Shown: positions 13,401 through 23,718 of the stretch, in pieces | Numbering within the stretch: position 1 is the first letter of the stretch | How the letters are laid out: the number at the start of each line of letters is the position of its first letter | Source: Geosiphon pyriformis uo1 | Lineage: Eukaryota; Fungi; Glomeromycota | Assembly (NCBI GenBank): GCA_016748015.1 | Contig: JAAOMT010000779.1 | Span: 331,168 to 395,167, forward strand | Reading direction: 5' to 3' | DNA length: 64,000 nt | Made by a program: the position numbers and the translations under genes | Notes under the pieces: generated by a model | Told to the model about the DNA's origin: nothing | What the model saw: only the letters and a program-made list of their open reading frames with translations | The model's database searches: none

Positions 13401-14070
13401 TGGCTGTTAAGAATTATTTGTATAATTGTGATTATTTAAATATGTTATATGTACAATATAATAAGATAAAGTTCTTAGATTATAGCTTTGTTTGTAGTCT
13501 AAATTTGTTTACTTGTCATAATTTGTTGTATAAGTATTTTTTTCTTGAAAGTTACTAACTAATATAACTTTGGCCTTATTTGTAGTTTTTTAATTATTGA
13601 CTTTATGTGTTTCTAATATGAGTTTGTACATAGTTTTATACAAAGAATTCATGTTTAAAAATTGGTTAAAAGAGACCAAGACTTTTTTTAGAGATATTAA
13701 TCTAGTTATGACTAAGTTAATTAAGTTTGTTTGGAGTCTAATTATTAATTACAGAGAGCATATTTTAAATAAAAATTGTTTCTTGTTTGTTTGTGGTTTT
13801 TTAGTTAAAGTTTTAACTAGTATTATTTGGTTATTAGGAATTAAGAAAAGTTATGTTGTTAATTTTAGTTTAAGAGTAAGTTGTCTGTTTTTTATAGACA
13901 TGGCTAAAAATGTTTTTGTTAATATAATTACATAGTATAGTCTTGATTAACTAGGTAATTAGTCACATATAACAAGTATGTAAATTATATTTAATTTATA
14001 AATTTAGATAGTTATATTATATTAAATAGTAATTAGACTTTACTTATAATATACAAATAAAAATAAAATC
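7490..14070 (+). mobile_element. LINE copy 2, near full length, extremely AT-shifted
   Basis: Colinear with copies 1 and 3. ORF1/ORF2 junction caATAAcc at ~9360. RT fragments 11061-11279 and 11667-11981, RNase H 12578-12952 (IYTNGF...IQAIV...NSQAF), ORF2 C-terminus 13597-13935 ending at TAG, then the shared 3' tail and an A-rich end. Confidence 0.9.
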
Positions 14071-14795
14071 AAAAAACTAAAAAATAAAACCAATATAATT
14101 ATATACTTAAAAAATTAATTTTTTTTTAAAAACAATATAATTAAAAAAAAATATTTTTAAAAATAACAACTTTTTTTAATTCAAAAAACAATAATATATT
14201 ATTATTAATTAATAAATTTTATTTAATATTAAAAACTTTGCCAAAAATATTTAAAGTATTTTTAATATTATTTGCAATAATTTTTGTAAAATATTATAAA
14301 AACTTTATAATTTTAATATAATATAATTTAATTTTAGTAGTTTTATTAATATTAAATAAAGATTATTTATTTAATAATTAGTAAATATTTTCTAAATACT
14401 ATTAAAATTAATAATATTTTTTAAAAAAAAGTATTTTAATTTCTATTTAATTAATTTAATTTTTAAAATTAAATAATTTGTTTTATTTTTAAAATTAGTA
14501 ATAATTAACTAAAATTTAATATATTAAAAAATTTAGTTATTTATTAAACAAAACCAGTTTTAACAAATATGTTATTATTACAATTATTTAAATTAAAAAA
14601 AAAGAATAAATATAGTTATTAATTAGTATAAATACCAAAAAACCAAATAAAACTAATATTTTATATTAAAAATATATAAATAAAATTCTTTAAAACTATA
14701 AAAAAACATTAAATAAAATTACTTTTATTAAAATCAATTTAAATATAATAAACAATTTTTTTAAATTATATATTATTAATTTTAATAAAATAAAT

Positions 14796-14905
14796 CCGAG
14801 TGGCTGGTCACGTGTAGATAGTGCATAAGCCGCGCTTAATTTAAAATCTTGTTTGACTTTATGTATTTAGGTAGCAGTTGAGCTGCGCTCGTTAAAAAAA
14901 AAAAA
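14796..14905 (+). mobile_element. 110-bp LINE 3'-tail fragment with poly(A), weakly mutated
   Basis: ccgagtggctggtcacgtgtagatagtgcataag...gcgctcgtt(A)12 aligns to the LINE 3' UTR (compare the reverse complement of 23788-23885). Confidence 0.8.
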
Positions 14906-15079
14906 TTTTAAAAGTTTTAATTAAAACATAAAGTTATTAAATTTTAATTTATTTATTATTATTTAAACAATTTTTTTTTTTACAAAAAACAAAAAATTAT
15001 TTGTTGTTTATTATTAAAATAATTTAAATTATATTAAACTTAACTTTTTGTTTAATTTGTTTTTTTTTAAGTTTTTTAC

Positions 15080-15690
15080 TAAATATAATTTTTTTCTTCT
15101 GAATAAGTGCTTTCTTTTATGAAAGTTTTTATTAGATGCTAAATTGACTTCATTTGTTATTTTTTAATTTTTGGTTTTATATATATCTAATCTTAGTTTG
15201 TATACAATATTATATAAAGAATTTATATTTGAGAGTTAATTAATAAAGACTAAAATTTCTTTTGATAATATTAAACTGGTTGCTTTAAATTTGGTTAATT
15301 TTATAAAAAACTTAATTATTGACTACAGAGATAGTGTATAGTTATTTAACTTAAAACTTTAAGTAAAATTAGATTATAAAAAACTTTTAAAGGATAATAA
15401 TTTGGTATTTAAAACTATTTAAGATCTGTTTATTAGAATATTTAATAAAATTATTTATTTGTTAAATATTGTTGAAAATATACTATAAGTTTTGACTTAT
15501 AAGTAAGTTGTTTTTTTTTTGTTAATACTATAAAGAAAATTTCTATTAATATACTTATATAGTATTATTTTGATTAATTAAGTGGCTAGTTATATATAAC
15601 AAGTATATAAATCATATTTAATTTAGAATTTTAGATAATTATATTATATTAGATAGTAATTAAACTTCATTTATAAAAATAAAATAAATT
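15080..15690 (+). mobile_element. 5'-truncated LINE copy (ORF2 C-terminus + 3' tail), degenerate
   Basis: Translates to LYTILYKEFIFE...LIIDYRDSV, matching ORF 13597-13935. Followed at 15560-15690 by the shared tail (ttgattaattaagtggctagttatata...). The 5' boundary is approximate. Confidence 0.75.
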
Positions 15691-16640
15691 TTTTTTTAAG
15701 TATTAATATTACTAATTAAAAAATTATATATTAATAATTATAATATTATTATTTTAAAATAACAAAAATAATATATTACAATTTATTATTTTATAAAACT
15801 ATAATTATATACTGTATATTTATAATAATTTGAACATTAAAAAAAAAGTTAAAACTAATAATTAATAAATATAAAATTATTTTATTTTATTTTTTGTAAT
15901 AATTATTTATAATATTTTAATTATTCTAATAATAGAATTAAAATTAAAACAATAATTTTATTTATATATATAACATCATTAATAAAATTAATTATTAATT
16001 ATAACTTAAAACATACAAAAAAATTTTTTTTCTTATATTTAAAATATTTTAAAGAAAAATAGTTTTTGTTTTTTTTATTATATTTTTTATTATTTTACAA
16101 AATATTAATTCTTTTGTGCAAAAACTAATAGTGATTATTAATAATAATATAACCAAAAAAAAATCAACAAAAAAGATCATAATTCTATTAATAATAATTT
16201 TACACAGAAATTAAAAAAAAAAACAAAAGAAAACATAATTATGCAGTTGATGCAAAAGATTGATTTAAGGAAACGATGACGCATGAAAGTGTCGTTGCCG
16301 ACGAAAACATAATCATCCATCCTATACAAGCTTTGATGATGTAATATATATTCCCTAAAATATTGAGACCCACTAAATATTTATGTATGAACTGAATTGT
16401 AAACCAAAACTATTTTTAAGCCTACAACCTGAAAAAACATTCATCAGGATGCTTACTTTTGGACGACAAGATATTTCGAATTATGACCGTCAAAAATGGC
16501 TTCTCAAAGAGCGCTCATATCAATGAATCGAAAGGCAAAAGCCCAAGCCATGAGATCATATCAGCGAAAGTATTGTGAGCGCCGTCAGAGGCTAAGAAGT
16601 TAGCTATTCAACCAGTAAGACTCGCAATATTGGTTCAAAT

Positions 16641-19600
16641 TCATCCGGAATAGTCGTGCCTTTTTTTCTCCAGATCTTTCAGTAAGCTCACAATCTCCAG
16701 AAAGGAATCTGCAATTGTACGCCTTTGACGCGGGTGCTCTTGGACTCCACCTTCAATCTCGACATCCCCCGTATCTCCAAGTGTGCCCGAGTTTGAGTTA
16801 TTTTGTGAAAGAGAATGCGCGAGCATACGCCCTCCTTTATTATCTTTTGTCGATGCTTGATCATCTACTAACTCATTGAAATGGACAAAATCTTGAAGAA
16901 GATTGATGAGTGATTGAACTGAATTTCCAGGCAACCCATGTATAGAGCTACCGAATTAAGGCTTAAATAATAAATTAGGAAAAACAACAGAATCACAAAG
17001 AAAAATAAGGATATCGAGTATGAGTTTTTGATTTGGCTCATTATCTTTGATCAACAAACCCATCAATATAGCCATGTAAGCGGCCACTATATTGCAATCT
17101 GTCTGTTTTTTTAAAATGTTAATAAAACTGAGCATAATTAATACATTTCGCTCAACGGAAAATAAATTGAGGGTACCTGATCATGTCCTTTTTCAATTTG
17201 ATGATTGTAGAGAGAAACTAAACAAGAAACTGCGGATTTACGTTTTGGGCAAGTACATTTTCTAAGACATCGACGAGTTCCAGGACATCGGGAGTATTGT
17301 TCTTAGGACCAGGAACAAACAAAAAGCCGATATTCTTGATTGATCAAATAGAGAAAGATTACACATGATAAAAGTTAACCAGACTCACCAACTTTTCTAA
17401 ACTCATCTTGATTAGTGGACTCCATTTCTACCAAATTTGTGAGCAAGCCAATGCTTAATAGAAGCACATCAAATTTTAATGCTTCACCGTTTTCGGATGT
17501 TTCTCCATTATCTTTGCTAGGAGGCTTTATGTCGCTATGAGCGGATCTTTCGGATGGGAGTTGGTCCAGAGTAGCCAAACGCATCAAGATGACCATACCT
17601 CCTAAGCACCCCACTTCAAGACAACAGGCTTGATTATCATTTGTCAAGTTTATCAAAACGCGAAGGCATGCCAGAAGACATTCCATGACTAAAATTTGAA
17701 TAAGCAATTAGATAAATCCAGAGTATGGGAAAAGAAAATATCTGTTAAATTATGATAGCGCTTTTGCTATTACCCATTGATGGATCTTCTGCGTTTTCTC
17801 TACAAGCTTCAAACTGAGAATAGAGCAAGAACTGAAGAAGCGATGGCAAGAGATCCCTCTGATGATTCACAATGTAAAGTTGATTTTCTGGGCAAAAAGC
17901 TGTGACGTTTTCTAATATGGCAAGACAATGTTCAATACACTCAAAATCCAAGCTTAGGCTCATGTTAACTTTCGGTGACTGGTAATTAATAAAGACGATT
18001 AATAGGAAAATTGCGTTCATTCATAACCTTATAAAACTATCTACGATAAATAAATTATGTATACCTTATCATTCTCAAGAGAGCGCAAGAGTTTGCTTAC
18101 GGGAGCCAGTTCTAATTTTAAGATATTAGTAACTTTCATCAAGCCACCATAGATTCTTAATTTCTTTTTGATCATATCTTCGTAATGGGTTTTGCACGCT
18201 ATTATCGAAGACAAAGATCTTAAAGAAATTGATCGGAGGGATATCTATTCGAATCGAAAAAGTCATTAGAGCGACTGGTAATGAAGTTCCTTAGAATCTC
18301 TTTTGGCTTCTAAATCTAACATACCTGTTTATTATCAAGGAACAAATTTGATCGACTAATCATATTTTTTATGTCAGAGATCTTTCCGCCGAAAAAATTG
18401 TTAGTGTATTTAAGGCCTCTTCAAAATACATAATCTCTTCGCGCTATTCTCACCAGTGACTTTTCCGACTTGCTCCACAATCCCGAAGCGTTTTCTACTA
18501 GTGGATCTGATTGAATCGACATGAATTCAACAATTAGCTTTACGAAATCAGCCTTCCCAGCTAAAAATGGTGCGTTATGCTTGTCTTCGATCATGAAGCA
18601 GATTATGAAGGCATAACAGCATCGTAGCAACTTGATAAAGTCAGAAACAATTCACCAATCAGAAAATGGAGAATTGAATGCATAAATATATAAACTTTTA
18701 TATCCATAAAATGCTTACAGGATCTTGCTGCAACATTAATATCTCATAGATACGTGGTACAAAATTATGAAAACGAATTTTCATCAAAAATTGTGGTTTT
18801 AACAGCTTCTGACAAAGCGCCAAGCCACTGATAAGTAAAGAGATATAGTTAATTTAGATGTTGAATAGGATATGTATGTCAGTAAAATCAAGGAATATTT
18901 ACCTGGTTCTACGAACATTCAATGGCTGTTCATCTTGAAGACCATCGAGTAAATATTCCATTTCATCGGTGAACCGTTTATTTTCCCCTTGTTCTCTAAG
19001 CTCATGAATGCTCTTTACACCTTTCCTCTTCGGTTCCTATATATATAGGATCTAATTCAATATATATGTAATTTTCAAAGATTAAACGATGGGATACTGA
19101 ACCATACCAACCAACTCTGTTCCCATCTCATTTCCAGCAGGTTCTGAATAAGAATCCATAATATAGGAATCGAAATCTTGGGCGACAATTGTGCGGCTTT
19201 TTCCGTAAGTCACTCGCACACCCATACGATTTGATGTTGCACCGAAGGATGGGGATGATGAAATTGATGGTTCGACATCATCAAAGCCATACTCTTCTCC
19301 CATTGTTGTTTCTGGGGACAAATTATTTGAAATATTCTGATCGTTTGAAAGGATATTATCAAATGGTGAAAGTGAAAAATCATTTTCACTTTGGATCGTT
19401 GAGAATAAATTTTTATCGAGATCTTCAATCTTATCCATTAATAAGGGAAGACTAGATGTATAAGATTTGGTTGGAGAAACGCCAAGCTTTGAGGATTTTG
19501 TCAAAAATAATTGTTCTTTATCCATTGCTGAGGGAAATGACATTTTAGCCACCAAATTTTGCTTGCGTGGACTATCAGATGTATCACGCGACGAAGAAAC

Positions 19601-20710
19601 TGCGTCAACAACTTCCCACACAGATCCTGTTTTATTATTGATGGCATTTGTGTCGAAGGACACACCAATATCGGATATTGATATGTTAACTGAGTTGGAA
19701 TTCTGGAAAGTAGGAACTTCTTTATGAAATTTTTTTTTTGAATGTGCGCTGTTCTCAGAGGGGTCAGCTATAGAGCTTTCTGTATTCGATATTTTCACAC
19801 AATCAAAATAATTATTAATCCCCAAAAGTTTTCTTTGACCCAGGGGATTAGACGAAAAGTCCTTTTCACCGTCAAGAGAAGAGGTCTTAGATGAAGATGG
19901 CAACAATGTTCTTTGTTTTTGTTGCTTGGGATGATATTTTTTCAAACGCATAGAAGCTAAGTTGGGAATATAGACGCGAGGTTCTTCAACACTTTCGATT
20001 CTATCAAACTTCTGTAGCGTGAGGTGCGGAGATCCAGTTGAATCCTGCTGTGTTAGCCCCTTTCCATTAGCATGCAATTTCCTACGATCATTATCTACGG
20101 GAAAGTCAAAAATATCTGCATCAATATCGTCAGCTCTTGTTTTTATCCTCTTTATCATAAGATCTTTTTTCTTCAGAGCATAATTCGTCTTTGATGGCTT
20201 GCGAGTAAGTGTATTTTTTGGGTTGGTTCCTTTACCATGGCTAGCAGGAAAGTCAAAGACGTCAGAATCTGTTGTCGTTTGCCAAGAAAAAGCTTTCTCT
20301 GCGGCTACGAGGTGACGTTTTTTAGAGGGTGAAGTTTCCCTTCCGTCGGATTCTTTCGAGACATTCAAACGCGCATAAGTCATGGCTACTTCATCAGTGG
20401 GATTCTGCCTTTTACCTAAGGTTGTCTCTGGTGAAAGAAAGACTTTGGAGGGTGATGTCCGGGGACCCAATTTAGGTGTCTGATCGCCAATAACTTTCAA
20501 ACCCTGTGGAGGCCTGCTCATAGAGTTTGTGAACTCATTTTTTGGGTCATAATCACGAGTTGGAAAACCGTTTTTTGTGGTGTGTTGTTGAACCTGGGGC
20601 ATAGAAGTGGAAATTTTTGGATGTTGATTTTGTTTACCATAAGTAAACTGAATCGAAGGTTTGCGGTTAACTTTGGCTTCAAGGAGGTTGAAAGACATGT
20701 CTTGTGTCAT
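16641..20710 (-). CDS. WAPL: Wings apart-like cohesin release factor (WAPL/Wpl1/Rad61 family), 11 exons, ~1090 aa
   Basis: Hand-built phase-consistent model: exons 20710-19112, 19036-18903, 18827-18719, 18630-18454, 18381-18325, 18244-18065, 17978-17774, 17688-17389, 17301-17177, 17102-17015, 16939-16641 (3273 nt). WAPL-domain motifs KSIHELREQGENKRFTDEMEYLLDGL, LRVLINLTNDN, LLSIGLLTNLVE, IVAAYMAILMGLL. Long disordered N-terminus. The exon 1 donor and the start codon (20710 vs 20698) are the least certain parts. Confidence 0.9.
16940..17014 (-). other. U12-type (minor spliceosome) AT-AC intron, WAPL intron 10
   Basis: 5' site ATATCCTTA, branch GCCTTAAT about 16 nt from a terminal AC, length 75 nt with an in-frame TAA. 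Removal gives CTC-G|AT-GGG-TTG-CCT (LDGLP) in frame. Confidence 0.88.
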
Positions 20711-20837
20711 ATATGTTAAGCCGCCCCTCCTAAATTCCAACAAAAGTCATTTCTTTATCAGTAGTGGAAGCTGTACCCAGAGCCACAGACAGTTGGTTAA
20801 ATCTACCTCAAACTCAAAATAAACAATTCTGTTTAAA

Positions 20838-20843
20838 CACGTG
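20838..20843. promoter_or_regulatory. E-box CACGTG ~130 bp upstream of the WAPL start
   Basis: Single palindromic hexamer in the short unique upstream region. Motif match only. Confidence 0.2.
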
Positions 20844-21433
20844 AGTTCAAATTGATTCTCAATCAAATAAAAACCATGCAGTTTGACATTTTTGGTAAAA
20901 TTTTCATAAAAATTTAAATTGCTTATTTTGAAGAATACTTATTATGTTGTTATGGTTGAAAAATATAGTTTTTATTAATTAGCACATGTATTAACCATCT
21001 GATGTCACATAATTAGCCACCTTATTTTTAATTAATGGTTGTTAACCTAATTGTTAATCTGATTACTAACTTGATTATTAAATTTTTTTAGTAAATATAA
21101 AAATAATAAATAAAAAAGTATGTAATTTATATAGTAAATAGAATAAAACATATATTTAATACTTTTTCTTATATTATTTTTTATTAAATTTTTTATTTTT
21201 AAATATTTAAATATTTGTAAATAAAAAATTAGTTGTTAATATTTATATATCTTTTTTTTCTTTTTAATTTGTATTATTAGAATTAATTATTATTTACTTT
21301 TATAATTTATTAAATAAAAACATAATTAAAAAACATAATAAGATTTGTTATTAATTTTAAATATTACTAAATAAAACATAAAATAATAATATTATTATTA
21401 TTATTTTATTAATAATTATAAAAAATAATAATT

Positions 21434-23718
21434 AAAACTCTTTGTTTCTTTAATTTTATAAACACAACTAGAACAAAAAGTAAAAAAGTTGCATCTAATA
21501 TCTGTTCTAAGATATCTAATAAAATTTCAACCAGAGAAGCTTTCTTTGTTGTAGAAGCAACTAGGCAAAATGTTTTAGAAGCCTTCCTTTTATTCAGTAA
21601 TCATGATAAGCTGTCTTTGGTAGTCACTAAAGCAACTTTCTCATCTTTGGCTGGTTTTTTACCAGTCAAAGTTTTCTCAAAGAGACACACTTGGATTAGT
21701 CCTAGTGTTGCCTCCACTCCTACTAAGAGCCCAAAAGTGTTTAATAATAGACCAGTTAACAAGTTGGTCTTCTCTTTTATAGTTTCTATATCTGGTGCTA
21801 CTAGTACTTCCTCTTCAAAAAAATGGTCAAAAAGACCAAAAGTTCAGAAAAGTGGGAGCAGTTGCTTGTCTCTGCTATTGTTACACCAAACTCCTTTGTG
21901 GTTTTCAATAAGATCTTAGATGAAATCTCCATAATATCATCCAGTATATCATCTAAGATAAGTCTAAATTAATCACTGGCTGTATTGCCAAATATAGTGT
22001 CTTCTAGTAGATCATTACTGGTTTTAGAAGCAAAACAATCTCTTCCTGTCGGGTCACCTGTTCTTAAGAACTGGACTGATCAAATGGAAACTGAATTATC
22101 TCCTTCTCTAGTTTTTGATACTACTTCTGGTGGTGCTTGGAAAATTATTACTAGTTGTCAAAGGTTTGCTGGATGAATGGCCTTTACTCTGGTGTCTAGT
22201 GCTACTTTTAAGATTAAATTGGCTTATGTTAAGACTGTTTTTCAGTTAGTACATGGTTTTTTGGATGCAAAATCAGTATTAAAGGACAATGTAAAGCTGT
22301 TTTGTGTAGAGTTTGCTTTTCAAGTGTCTTTGAAAGCTGTATTTTTGGTTGAGCTTACAAGCTCTGTACATTTGGCCACTTTTAAAATTGCCAAGTCTTT
22401 GGTGATTTCTGAGTCTGGTTCCTCTTCTACTGCTGTTGTACTGTGTAATGTGCCCTTGGGTGTATCTGCTGCTGACATTAAGATGGCTCTCAGTGTGTTT
22501 GGTAATATCACTCATGTTGTGCTGAAGTCTATTAACATTTGGCAGTATGTGGTGGTTTATTTTAAAGAATTAGACTCTGCTGTGTCTGCTTTGAATTATT
22601 GGTCAGTTTTGGTGGGCAAGAATAGTATTAGAATTTTTCTTCTGGTGAATTAAAATAAGACCATTTTGTCTTGTGATAAATTTAAGGCCAAGTTGATCAA
22701 TCTTCCTTTTGGATGCACAGCTTTTGAGATTAGTAATATAATCTCTCAAGTTGGTAATCAAACATGTTTTATTCCTTATTTTCTTAAGTCTGGTTATCAT
22801 TTCTGGTTTGCTCTGGTTATATTTGGTTCTTAAGCTGATTTGGACTCTGTTATTATCAAGACTAATACACTGAAAAAATTCCATATTTAGTGGAAAACTT
22901 CTGGTTGTTGGCATTGTTTCAAGTGTCAAGAGCTGAGCCATCTGGTTGCAAACTGTAAGATTTTTCCATCTTCTCCTCCCAAGTTTTTCAAGGTGTTTAC
23001 ACCATGTTTTGTTGGTCCTAAGTCTTATGCTAAGACTTCTGCTCCTTTGAGCTCCTTTGAATTTCTACTTCTGTCATTTTTTGTCTCTTTTTTAGTTGTT
23101 GTTGGTAATTTTTTGATGCTGTTTCATTTGTTTTCTTTGAAATCTGATTTAACTAAGTTTTCTGCTTTGATTGAATCTATTGTTAAGCTTATTAGCTCTT
23201 TGGTTATAACTTTTGAACAGTTTATTAATAGTGATTTGGTTTTAAATAGTGCTCTTGGTCTTAGGATTAATGAGGTTTTGGTGCATATAAGTTTTTTTAG
23301 TAGGACTGTTAATAAGTTGGAGAGAAAAGTGGTTTCTTTAAAAAAAAAATACTGCATAGAAAACATTGATATGTCTGGTGATTTTGGGTTCCTGCTTGTT
23401 GTGAATGATAAGGTGTTTTTCAACTTAATGTTTTTTTGGGAGCATAAGTCTGTTAATGTTAAAACTGATCTTTTTAAGACTGCTGAATGGCTAATTGATT
23501 TGGTTTCTTGCAGTACAACTTTGTTTTCTGTCATTCAAAAGATATTATCTTTGGGTAAGTTTTCTTTTGTAGCATCAATGTAGTGTGTTCTTGACTGGTC
23601 TAAGTGGCTGGTTATGTGTAGAAAATACATAATTAGCACTTAGTTTAGATTACTTAGTTTGATATATTGTTCTAGGCAGCTTTTAGACCTCACTTATTAA
23701 ACTTTAATAAAAAAAAAA
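21434..23718 (+). mobile_element. ORF1-only non-autonomous LINE-like element (HAL1-like)
   Basis: LINE-like 5' end AAAACTCTTT. One degenerate ORF (fragments 21617-21919, 21985-22176, 22177-22653, 22993-23583) with an RRM-like segment homologous to LINE ORF1 and a knuckle CFKCQELSHLVANC (~22915-22955). Its stop TAG 23581-23583 begins the LINE 3' tail. Poly(A) 23709-23718. No APE or RT. Confidence 0.8.

Noticed and set aside
14070-16230. Near-pure A/T tracts as centromere or organellar insert
   Set aside because: No organellar genes or periodic satellite. Embedded LINE remnants suggest end-stage mutated repeats.
16949-16996. Canonical GT-AG alternative for the last WAPL intron
   Set aside because: The available GT/AG pairs give the wrong phase or an immediate stop. 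The AT-AC solution restores both frame and homology.
20985-21030. Minus-strand taaggtggctaattatgtgac resembling the LINE tail hairpin arm
   Set aside because: The match is too short, and no downstream tail or poly(A) is recognisable.
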